A stretch of DNA of 64,000 nt from an uncultured Clostridia bacterium (GTDB taxonomy: Bacteria > Bacillota > Clostridia > Christensenellales > Borkfalkiaceae): contig CANRGR010000001.1 of the NCBI GenBank assembly GCA_947630245.1, positions 11,175 through 75,174 on the forward strand, written 5' to 3'. The notes beneath the pieces were generated by a model. That model searched no databases, was not told the DNA's origin, and worked only from the letters and a program-made list of their open reading frames with translations. The first letter of the stretch is position 1. The number at the start of each line of letters is the position of its first letter. A program made the translations under genes and the position numbers. This document shows, piece by piece, positions 38,878-47,056 of the stretch.

Positions 38878-40791
38878 ATGACAGTACAGGAACTTGACGC
38901 CATCCGTCAGAAGAAAAAAGAACTCATCGAAGTGCGCCGCGTCATCCGCGAGCAGGGCGAAAAGCTCGCCGAACATACGGGGTACAGAAAACAGGTCCTC
39001 GTCTGCGGCGGCACGGGCTGCACTTCCTCCCATTCCATGAAGGTCATCGCCCAGCTCGAAGAATCCTTCAAAGAACTCGGCATCGACGACGTGCTCATCG
39101 TCAAAACGGGTTGCTTCGGGCTCTGCGCGCTCGGTCCCATCATGATCGTCTATCCCGAAGGCGCGTTCTATTCCCAGATGACCCCCGAACATGCGAAAAC
39201 GGTTGCGGAAAAACATCTCGTCAAGGGCGGCGAGATCGTCAAAGAACTGCTCTATGCGGGCACCGTGCATGAGGACGGGTCGATCATTCCCTTCGCGGAA
39301 ACTCCCTTCTATAAGAAACAGCTCCGTATCGCGCTCAGAAACTGCGGCGTGATCGCGGCGGAGGACATCGAAGAGGCAATCGCCGCGGGCGACTATGCGG
39401 CAATCGAAAAAGTGCTCACGACGATGACGCCCGACGACGTCATCAACGAAGTGCTCGCGTCGGGGCTTCGCGGCAGAGGCGGCGCAGGCTTCCCGACGGG
39501 CAGAAAGTGGATGTTTGCAAAGGCTTCGCAGGGCGACGTCAAATACGTCTGCTGTAACGCGGACGAGGGCGACCCCGGCGCGTTCATGGACCGTTCCGTG
39601 CTCGAAGGCGATCCCCACTGCGTGCTCGAAGCCATGACGATTGCAGGATATGCGATCGGCGCGCATCAGGGTTACATCTATGTGCGTGCGGAATACCCCA
39701 TCGCCGTCGAACGTCTGAAAATCGCAATCGGACAGGCGCGCAAATACGGTCTGCTCGGCAAAAACATTTTGGGACTCGGCTTCGATTTCGACATCGAGAT
39801 CCGTCTCGGCGCGGGCGCGTTCGTCTGTGGCGAGGAGACCGCGCTCATGACTTCCATCGAGGGTCACCGCGGCGAACCCCGTCCCCGTCCTCCGTTCCCG
39901 GCGGTCAAGGGTCTGTTCGAAAAACCCACGATCCTCAACAACGTCGAGACGTGGGCGAACATCAACCCGATCATCATGAAAGGCTCGAAGTGGTATTCTT
40001 CGATCGGGACCGAAAAGTCGAAGGGCACGAAGGTGTTCGCGCTCGGCGGCAAGATCACGAACGTCGGGCTCGTGGAAGTTCCGATGGGAACGACGCTTCG
40101 CGAGATCGTCGAGGAGATCGGCGGCGGCATCCCGAACGGGAAGAAGTTCAAGGCTGCCCAGACGGGCGGTCCCTCCGGCGGCTGTATCCCCGCGGAATAC
40201 ATCGACACCCCCATCGACTTCGACAATCTCGTCGCAATCGGCTCCATGATGGGCTCGGGCGGACTCATCGTCCTCGACGAGGACACCTGCATGGTCGATA
40301 TCTCGAAGTTCTATCTCGAATTTACGGCGGATGAATCGTGCGGAAAGTGCACGCCTTGCAGAATCGGCACCAAGCGCCTTTTGCAGCTCCTCACCAAGAT
40401 CACGGAGGGCAAGGGTGAACCCGAAGATCTCACCAAGATCGAAGAACTTGCGGAGCACATGAAGTCCTCCTCGCTCTGCGCGCTGGGACAGTCCGCTCCC
40501 AACCCCGTGCTCTCGACGCTTCATCATTTCAGAAACGAGTACGAGGATCACATCTACAACCACCACTGCACGGCGGGCGTCTGCAAAGCGCTCCTTTCGT
40601 ACACGATCGACAAGGAGAAGTGCATCGGATGCGGCATGTGTTCGAGAAACTGCCCCGTCTCGGCGATCGCAAAGACGGATTATACCGCGCCCGGTCACAA
40701 GCTCCCGTCCTACCAAATCGACACGGCGAAGTGCATCAAGTGCGGCGTGTGCCTCTCCAACTGCAAGTTCAAAGCAGTCGAGAGAAAGTGA
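38878..40791 (+). CDS. hydB: NuoF-like flavoprotein subunit of NADH-dependent [FeFe] hydrogenase
   Basis: GLRGRGGAGFPTGRKW (FMN/NADH site), SLCALGQS, and C-terminal 2x[4Fe-4S] (CIGCGMCSRNCP, CIKCGVCLSNC). Confidence 0.9.
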   Translation: MTVQELDAIRQKKKELIEVRRVIREQGEKLAEHTGYRKQVLVCGGTGCTSSHSMKVIAQLEESFKELGIDDVLIVKTGCFGLCALGPIMIVYPEGAFYSQMTPEHAKTVAEKHLVKGGEIVKELLYAGTVHEDGSIIPFAETPFYKKQLRIALRNCGVIAAEDIEEAIAAGDYAAIEKVLTTMTPDDVINEVLASGLRGRGGAGFPTGRKWMFAKASQGDVKYVCCNADEGDPGAFMDRSVLEGDPHCVLEAMTIAGYAIGAHQGYIYVRAEYPIAVERLKIAIGQARKYGLLGKNILGLGFDFDIEIRLGAGAFVCGEETALMTSIEGHRGEPRPRPPFPAVKGLFEKPTILNNVETWANINPIIMKGSKWYSSIGTEKSKGTKVFALGGKITNVGLVEVPMGTTLREIVEEIGGGIPNGKKFKAAQTGGPSGGCIPAEYIDTPIDFDNLVAIGSMMGSGGLIVLDEDTCMVDISKFYLEFTADESCGKCTPCRIGTKRLLQLLTKITEGKGEPEDLTKIEELAEHMKSSSLCALGQSAPNPVLSTLHHFRNEYEDHIYNHHCTAGVCKALLSYTIDKEKCIGCGMCSRNCPVSAIAKTDYTAPGHKLPSYQIDTAKCIKCGVCLSNCKFKAVERK

Positions 40792-40802
40792 GGTGAAAAC
40801 AA

Positions 40803-42527
40803 ATGGCTAATATGATCAATCTCAAAATCAATAATATTCCCGTCTCCGTTCCGGAAGGCTCGACGATTCTCGACGCGGCGCGGGCGGCTCACATCGAGAT
40901 CCCCACGCTGTGCTATCTGAAAGACGTCTCCTGCGTCGGCTCCTGCCGTATGTGTCTCGTCGAGGCGACGGGCGCGCGCGGGCTCGTTGCGGCATGCGTC
41001 TATCCCGTCTCCGAGGGCATGGAAGTCAAGACCAACACGGAAAAGTGCAGAAAGAGCAGAAAGATGACCCTCGAACTCATGCTCTCCAAGCACAAGAAAG
41101 AGTGCCTCGCCTGCGAACGGGCGGGCAACTGCGAACTTCAAAGACTTTCGACGGAATACGGCTGCGATCCCAACTATTTCGAAGGCGAAACGCTCGACAC
41201 CCCGCTCGATCTCTCGGCTCCCTATGTCGTGAGAGACAGAGATAAGTGCATCAACTGCAACCGCTGCGTGGCGGCGTGCAAGAAGCAGGCGGTCGGCGCG
41301 ATCGGTCCCATCGGCAGAGGATATTCCGTTCATATCGGCAGCGCGTTCGAGATGAGCCTCATGGAATCCGTCTGCGTGGGCTGCGGACAGTGCATCGTCG
41401 CCTGCCCCGTCGGCGCGCTCAAAGAACGCACGACCGTGGACGAAGTCTGGGCGGCGCTCGGCAATCCGGACAAGAAGGTCGTATTCTTCACGGCTCCCTC
41501 CGTCCGCGCAACGCTCGGCGAGGCGTTCGGGCTTCCCGTCGGCACAAACGTCGAGGGCAAGATGGTCGCGGGCATCCGCAGACTCGGACCCGATTATGTG
41601 TTCAATATGGACGTCACGGCGGACCTTACGATCATGGAAGAGGCGACCGAGCTTCTCAACCGCATCCGCACGGGCAAACCCATGCCCATGTTCACTTCCT
41701 GCTGTCCCGCTTGGGTCAAATTCGTGGAACAGAAGCATCCCGAGATGATCCCCCATCTTTCGACCTGCAAATCCCCGCAGGAGATGTTCGGCGGGCTCTT
41801 GAAGAGCTATTGGTGCGAAAAGAACGGCGTCGATCCCAAAGATCTCTACGTCGTCTCCGTCATTCCCTGCACGGCAAAGAAATATGAATGCCACCGCCCC
41901 GAAATGAACGGCGAAGTGGACGCGGCGATCACGACGCGCGAACTTGCACGCATGCTCAAAACCGCGGGCATCAAACTCGCGGAACTTCCCGACGAGGAAT
42001 TCGACAATCCGTTCGCAACCTGCTCGGGCGGCGGGACAATCTTCGGCGCGACGGGCGGCGTGATGGAAGCGGCGCTCCGCGTTGCGGCAAAACTGCTCGA
42101 CGGCGAATTCAAGGTTGTGGACTTCCCCGAAGTGCGCGGCGTGCTCCCCATCAAGGAAGCGACGTACAGCGTTGCGGGCAACACGGTGCGCGTTGCGGTT
42201 GCGAGCGGGCTCGCAAATGCGGAAGAGATCATCCGTCGGCTCGAAAGCGGCGAAAAGCAGTATGATTTCATCGAGATCATGGCTTGCCCCGGCGGCTGTG
42301 TGAACGGCGGCGGTCAGCCGACCCTTCCGGACAGCATCCGCAATACCGAGGATCTCAAATCGCTCCGCGCGCAGGCGCTGTATGCGAGCGATAAGCAGAA
42401 TGCGCTCCGCCGCTCTTCCGACAGCCCTGTGATGGATCTTGTGTACAACGAATATTTCGGCGCGCCCAACAGCCACAAGGCGCACGAAATTCTGCACACG
42501 TCCTATCGGGCAGATAAGAGAATTTAA
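40803..42527 (+). CDS. hydA: [FeFe] hydrogenase catalytic subunit
   Basis: N-terminal 2Fe-2S plus 4Fe-4S Cys clusters, and H-cluster motifs TSCCPAW, PCTAKKYE, EIMACPGGCVNGGGQP. Confidence 0.95.
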   Translation: MANMINLKINNIPVSVPEGSTILDAARAAHIEIPTLCYLKDVSCVGSCRMCLVEATGARGLVAACVYPVSEGMEVKTNTEKCRKSRKMTLELMLSKHKKECLACERAGNCELQRLSTEYGCDPNYFEGETLDTPLDLSAPYVVRDRDKCINCNRCVAACKKQAVGAIGPIGRGYSVHIGSAFEMSLMESVCVGCGQCIVACPVGALKERTTVDEVWAALGNPDKKVVFFTAPSVRATLGEAFGLPVGTNVEGKMVAGIRRLGPDYVFNMDVTADLTIMEEATELLNRIRTGKPMPMFTSCCPAWVKFVEQKHPEMIPHLSTCKSPQEMFGGLLKSYWCEKNGVDPKDLYVVSVIPCTAKKYECHRPEMNGEVDAAITTRELARMLKTAGIKLAELPDEEFDNPFATCSGGGTIFGATGGVMEAALRVAAKLLDGEFKVVDFPEVRGVLPIKEATYSVAGNTVRVAVASGLANAEEIIRRLESGEKQYDFIEIMACPGGCVNGGGQPTLPDSIRNTEDLKSLRAQALYASDKQNALRRSSDSPVMDLVYNEYFGAPNSHKAHEILHTSYRADKRI

Positions 42528-42543
42528 CCTCCGTTTGCATAGA

Positions 42544-42578
42544 TAAATCCCCGCGTTCTACGCGGGGATTTCTCATTT
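42544..42578 (+). terminator. rho-independent terminator after hydA
   Basis: AAATCCCCGCG-TTCTA-CGCGGGGATTT followed by CTCATTTT. Confidence 0.8.
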
Positions 42579-42620
42579 TCGGGCAAATGCCGCCCAAATG
42601 CAGGGCTCTACCCGCGGGCG

Positions 42621-43338
42621 GAGTTCCTCCTCTTGGCGCCCCTCGGGGTCTCCGCAAAAAGACGTAGTATTTTTGTGGGGTGGTTGTTTTTCTTGTCATT
42701 CCGAGGGAGCCGTAGGCGACTGAGAGAATCCCCTTCTCCAAAGCGGACTTCGTATCGGGGGATACACTCGGGCTCCGCCCTCGGTATGACAGAAAAGGCT
42801 CTCGCTTGGCGCCCCTCGCAGGGGAGATGTCACGAGCTTGCGAGTGACAGAGGGGTTTCTGAAATCCTTTCCCTCTCACTCCGTTCGAGGACTTCCCCTA
42901 TAAGGGGCAGCAAGGCGCGGCGCGGGATTCTCCCGCGCCGCGCCATTTTCAAATCACGTCATGTTGAGCGCAGTCGAAACATCGCCTTGATTTTTTAAGA
43001 CCTTGCACCTTGGGCGGCAGGGACCGCCGCAAAGCGGTCGCGCCCGCCAGCGCTCCTGTCACGAGACGCTCACAGCGCACCGCGCTGTTGAGCAGAATGC
43101 CTCGCTCCACCTCGACAAGTTCAGAGTGACATAATCAGAACGCATTCTTGTTCTCCTCTGTCATTTCGAGGGAGCCGTAGGCGACTGAGAGAATCCCCTT
43201 CTCCAAAGCGGACTGCGTATCAGGGGATACACTCGCTCCGCTCGGTATGACAGCTAAAAATCTTATGCGCGTTGGAAAACCACGCTTTTCCATAAGCGCC
43301 CACAATTTGCCGCATACTTGCGGCTTGTTGTTTGCGCA
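42621..43338. repeat. intergenic repeat array R5
   Basis: Two GTCATT(C/T)CGA-GGGAGCCGTAGGCGACT-GAGAGAATCCCC modules (42695-42733 and about 43159-43198), GGGGATACACTC/TATGACA units, a 110-bp module variant (42797-42914), GTCATGTTGAGCGCAGTCGAAACATC, and the CCCACAATTTGCCGCATACTTGCGGCTTGTTGT module (about 43300-43335). Confidence 0.9.
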
Positions 43339-43467
43339 AGGCAGATTGTAGGCGGGCGAATGGGTTTCATGAAATCAAATCGCTTAACCCCTCACGAAAT
43401 TTTTCCGCAAGGAAAAATTTGTGAACCCCTTCTCTTGAACCATGCGCGCGCGTGGTTTTCTTTTAGA

Positions 43468-43498
43468 CAAAAAGAGCAACGGTTTTTTGCCGCTGCTC
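43468..43498 (-). terminator. rho-independent terminator after the 80-aa gene
   Basis: On the minus strand: GAGCAGCGG-CAAAAAA-CCGTTGCTC followed by TTTTTG. Confidence 0.7.
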
Positions 43499-43555
43499 AA
43501 AAATGCAATTCCGCCGTTCCGCGGTTCTTCTCTCTGTCCCGTTTGCGTTTCTCCG

Positions 43556-43798
43556 CTAAAAGATCTCCTCCACGCCGATCCGAAAATTCTGTCCGTTGCG
43601 GAATCTGACGATCAAAGCGTTCCCCTCGCAGGTGCTGTCCGCGTCGAACACTTCGTCCGCGAAGATCAAGAGATCGTATAGGACGTTGGATTCCGTGAGG
43701 ATATAGTCGTCCGGATGCGCCGAGATCGCGATCTCCTCCTTGCTTTCGAGCCGTTCGAGTACCGTTTCGATAATTCGTTTTACGTGTTCATCTTCCAT
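43556..43798 (-). CDS. hypothetical small acidic protein (80 aa)
   Basis: Start at the ATG at 43798 (MEDEHVKRII) with an AGGAGAAACA RBS; low-GC context; no family recognised. The ORF-track start at 43879 lacks an RBS. Confidence 0.55.
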   Translation of the reverse strand: MEDEHVKRIIETVLERLESKEEIAISAHPDDYILTESNVLYDLLIFADEVFDADSTCEGNALIVRFRNGQNFRIGVEEIF

Positions 43799-44052
43799 AT
43801 TGTTTCTCCTTTGCGATAAAATTAAAGCGCATCCCGCAAAGAGACGCGCTCCATCGGCGGTGTTTGTTTGCGACAACAACCGAAACTTTTGCTAAAAACA
43901 CAAGTTTTTACCGCGCAATGGCAATCTTACCTTGTGTCCTCATGGCAAAATATATTCGATTGTTGTCGCAGTTTCAGTATAACACGGTTTAGTTTGGTTG
44001 TCAAGAACTTTTTCACGCCTTCAAAATGACCGCACTTTCTCAATCACAAGAC

Positions 44053-44084
44053 AGCGCCGCGCGGGCGACTGCCCGCGCGGCGCT
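44053..44084 (-). terminator. GC-rich hairpin directly after the XRE gene stop
   Basis: 14-bp stem AGCGCCGCGCGGGC / GCCCGCGCGGCGCT with a 4-nt loop, 4 nt past the stop. The T-run is weak. Confidence 0.5.
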
Positions 44085-44087
44085 AAA

Positions 44088-44291
44088 TTATTTTCTCTTG
44101 ATTTGCAAAAGCTCATCTGCACTGATATCAAAGTACATGCAAAGAATCCGTATTGACCGAAAGTCGGGCAATCTTCCGGCATTTAGCCATCCACTGATCG
44201 TTGTCTTTGGAATGCCGGTATCGCGCGACAATTTTGCCTGTGTAATCCCAAATTCCGTCAGCAAATTTTGTAATAATTCCGAAAAAGTCAT
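44088..44291 (-). CDS. XRE-family helix-turn-helix transcriptional regulator (67 aa)
   Basis: FGITQAKLSRDTGIPKTTISGWLNAGRLP is a typical Cro/CI-type HTH. No SD precedes the ATG. Confidence 0.85.
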   Translation of the reverse strand: MTFSELLQNLLTEFGITQAKLSRDTGIPKTTISGWLNAGRLPDFRSIRILCMYFDISADELLQIKRK

Positions 44292-44310
44292 AAAAATATT
44301 ATATGTAAAT

Positions 44311-44354
44311 TACCTAATTAGGTATTGACAATACCTAATTAGGTATGATATAAT
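44311..44354. promoter_or_regulatory. divergent promoter region with two identical 14-bp palindromic operators
   Basis: TACCTAATTAGGTA at 44311-44324 and 44332-44345 flank TTGACA (44325-44330). TGaTATAAT follows at 44346-44354 (18-nt spacer), then the AAGGAGA RBS at 44361-44367. Confidence 0.8.
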
Positions 44355-44373
44355 CAAGTTAAGGAGAATGCAA

Positions 44374-45498
44374 ATGATTCGATGCAGATTTTGTGGAACG
44401 GAATTTGACGGAAATTTTTGCCCAAATTGCGGAAAAAAACGACAGGAAACCTATTTTTGTTCTCATTGCGGTGCGCGGCTTGTGGAAAATTGGAAATTTT
44501 GTACCGAATGCGGCTTTCCGACTGATTCTGACTCTCCCATTTTACACACAAATCCCATGTCCGATAAGAAGCGATCGCAAGAACTGCCTGTTAAAAGCAT
44601 TTTTCAAAAGATTGCGCTGTTTATGCCCGATCTTTTTCTCCTGCTCTTTTCTTTGGCGTCGTTCTTCTTTTTTCTTGCGCCCATCGCCGTAATGCCCGGC
44701 GGAGAAATTCTCGGAGAAAAGATTCCGGCTGAAAGTTTTGGCAATCTCTATCAACTGATAAAACCAAGCGAAGAAGGCACTTTGTCTCCCTTGATCATTT
44801 TCCCTATTGTTGCCGCGGTTTCCGCTCTTTTTGCCGCCTACAATCTGTTCTTCTCCCAAAAACACCCCGTCCGTATCGTCATTCGATATTTATTCTTCCT
44901 ATTTTTCATTGTATATGCAAGCGTAATCATTGCAATCATAAATGCCACAGACGAAGGAATGGGGTTGATGGCGGTCGGAAATTGTTGTATCTTGATTCTT
45001 TCCTTTTCCGTTATCTTTTTTGTTTTTTCTCTCGCATTCGATCTGTACCTTCTTTTCAATCCTCCGGAAAAGGATTCTGTGGCGGCTTCCATCTGCCTTT
45101 CCCCATCGCAATCCGAAACATCGGACGAAATATCGGATAACGCATACAGCGAACGTGATGATCTATATTCTGTCAAAATCGAAAAAGGATATCGAAGTAT
45201 AGGGAAAGAAGCGTTCCGCGACTGTTTAAGACTATGCTCCGTCTCCGTCGGAGAGGGATTGACTTTCATCGCAGATAACGCTTTTCTCGGCTGCGTCTCC
45301 TTAAAGGAAATCGTCTTGCCCGCTTCGCTCAGGGAGATCGGATGGTATGCCCTTTGTAATTGTATCGCGCTTGAAAAAATCGAATTCAACGGCACAACAG
45401 AGCAGTGGAAACATATCAGCAAGGGTGGAATGTGGGACGATCAGAGCGGAGAATATCGTGTAATTTGTTCGGACGGCATATTGCAAAAAGAACAGTAA
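44374..45498 (+). CDS. double zinc-ribbon / multi-pass membrane / BspA-type leucine-rich-repeat protein
   Basis: CRFCGTEFDGNFCPNCG and CSHCGARLVENWKFCTECG zinc ribbons, about five hydrophobic segments, and a C-terminal IGKEAFRDCLRLCSVSV..IADNAFLGCVSLKEIVLP..IGWYALCNCIALEKIEF (LRR_5-like). The ATG at 44374 is preferred over 44368 on RBS spacing. Confidence 0.8.
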   Translation: MIRCRFCGTEFDGNFCPNCGKKRQETYFCSHCGARLVENWKFCTECGFPTDSDSPILHTNPMSDKKRSQELPVKSIFQKIALFMPDLFLLLFSLASFFFFLAPIAVMPGGEILGEKIPAESFGNLYQLIKPSEEGTLSPLIIFPIVAAVSALFAAYNLFFSQKHPVRIVIRYLFFLFFIVYASVIIAIINATDEGMGLMAVGNCCILILSFSVIFFVFSLAFDLYLLFNPPEKDSVAASICLSPSQSETSDEISDNAYSERDDLYSVKIEKGYRSIGKEAFRDCLRLCSVSVGEGLTFIADNAFLGCVSLKEIVLPASLREIGWYALCNCIALEKIEFNGTTEQWKHISKGGMWDDQSGEYRVICSDGILQKEQ

Positions 45499-45652
45499 TC
45501 TTTGTTACTGCCTCTCTCTTCCTCCTAAATGTACCCGTCGCTTAGCGGGTGGTTCCTGTTCCAAAGAAGCGGCGTTGGTTCAGTTCATCAGCCCTATGAA
45601 CATCCTTTCCGCGCCCGAATAAATATCCAAATAGGTCTCAAAGGAAACAAAA

Positions 45653-45673
45653 CCCCCGTGGGGTTCACGGGGG
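45653..45673. terminator. hairpin between convergent genes
   Basis: CCCCCGTG-GGGTT-CACGGGGG. Confidence 0.5.
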
Positions 45674-45695
45674 GGCGACAAACGGAACGAAAAAA

Positions 45696-47039
45696 TCAGC
45701 GGAACAGCTCTTCTCCGTTGGTTTCGATGACCTTTTTGTAGAACGCCGCGCTCTTTTTGGGCGTGCGTTCGAGGGTCTCGGGGTCGAAATGCACGAGCCC
45801 GAATTTCTTCGAGAAGCCCTCCGCCCATTCGAAGTTATCGTAGAGCGTCCAATAGAAATAGCCGTAGATGGGCACCTCGCACGAGGCGCGGAACATTTCG
45901 CGCAGATAGCGCTTCAAAAAGTCGATCCTGCAATCGTCGTTGATCTCTCCGTTGAGATCCTTCCACTCCGAGAGCGCCACGCCGTTTTCGGTGTAGATGA
46001 TGGGAAGCCCGTAGCGTTCAAAGAGGAATTTGGGACCGTAATACATGACGTCGGGATAGACGTTCCAACGGGTGTCCGTCTTGGGCGTGGCGGGGGTGGG
46101 CGTGAGCGTAATGATTTTCCCGTTCTGCTCCCTCACGCGGTTGCCGGAGTAGGTATTCACCCCATAGAAGTCGATCTTCGAGCGGATGATCTCCATATCG
46201 CTCTCGGGATAGGAGAATCCGCACTCCTCCTGCCATGCGCGGAACTCTTCGGGATATGTTCCGAAGATGAGCGGATCGGTGTAATAGTTGACCGAACCGA
46301 AATCCCTGTGGCAGGCGAACGTGTCCTGTTTTGCCACACGGTAGTCGTCGGGGGTGTCGGGAATGGACGGCCAATACGCCTGCGACGTGCCGACTTTGAT
46401 CGGATGTTTGCATGTCTTGCGGAGCATCTTTTCCCCCAGCCCGCAGGCGAGCAGGACATGGTGCGCCGCGCGCATGACTTCGCCGTCCGAGAGCCTCAGA
46501 AACGGCGCGTGCGTCCCCGCGGAATGTCCGAGTCCCAAAAAGACCTGCGGTTCGTTGATGAGGATGAAGTGCGAAATGCTGTCGCCGAACAGCTCGGCGA
46601 CGACGCGGGCATATTCCTCGAACCATTTGGGACTTTCGGGGTTAAGCCAGCCGCCGCGCAGATAGAGGGCGTACGGATAATCCCAATGGAAGAGGGTGAC
46701 CCACGGTTCGATCCCCGCCTCCCGGAGCGCGGCAAGGAGTTCGCCGTAAAACCGCTTTCCGTCCTCGCTGACCTTTCCGACACCCTCGGGCAGGAGCCGC
46801 GCCCAGTTGATGGAAAAGCGGTACGCCTTGATGCCGAGCTCCTTCATGAGCGCGACGTCCTCGCGGAATTTGTGGTAGTGGTCGCAGCCGACGTCGCCGC
46901 GATGACCTTCAAAGATGCGCCCCTCGGTCGCGGAGCCGACGTCCCAGACGTTGAGCCCCTTGTCTGCCTCATGGGCGCCGCCTTCGATCTGATAGGACGC
47001 AGTTGCCACGCCCCAGACAAAGTTTTTGACAAAAGACAT
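45696..47039 (-). CDS. GH1 beta-glucosidase / 6-phospho-beta-glucosidase
   Basis: Start at the ATG at 47039 (MSFVKNFVWGVATASYQIEGG) with a GGAGGAGAA RBS. Acid/base LINEP and nucleophile YTENG. Confidence 0.9.
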   Translation of the reverse strand: MSFVKNFVWGVATASYQIEGGAHEADKGLNVWDVGSATEGRIFEGHRGDVGCDHYHKFREDVALMKELGIKAYRFSINWARLLPEGVGKVSEDGKRFYGELLAALREAGIEPWVTLFHWDYPYALYLRGGWLNPESPKWFEEYARVVAELFGDSISHFILINEPQVFLGLGHSAGTHAPFLRLSDGEVMRAAHHVLLACGLGEKMLRKTCKHPIKVGTSQAYWPSIPDTPDDYRVAKQDTFACHRDFGSVNYYTDPLIFGTYPEEFRAWQEECGFSYPESDMEIIRSKIDFYGVNTYSGNRVREQNGKIITLTPTPATPKTDTRWNVYPDVMYYGPKFLFERYGLPIIYTENGVALSEWKDLNGEINDDCRIDFLKRYLREMFRASCEVPIYGYFYWTLYDNFEWAEGFSKKFGLVHFDPETLERTPKKSAAFYKKVIETNGEELFR

Positions 47040-47056
47040 ATCATTCTCCTCCAAAT

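Noticed and set aside
38382-42527. The HydCBA hydrogenase operon as a novelty candidate.
   Set aside because: It has the standard trimeric NADH-dependent (bifurcating-type) [FeFe] hydrogenase gene order and motifs. Absence of hydEFG maturases nearby is common.
43556-44291. XRE gene plus the 80-aa gene as a toxin-antitoxin pair.
   Set aside because: The two genes are about 290 bp apart, separated by a strong hairpin and a structured region, and each has its own terminator. The small protein is acidic with no toxin-like motif I recognise. TA pairs are normally overlapping or tightly coupled.
43339-45695. Prophage remnant or integrative element.
   Set aside because: There is no integrase, recombinase, transposase, tRNA target or phage structural gene in or next to the islet. 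Only compositional deviation and a Cro/CI-type regulator support foreign origin.
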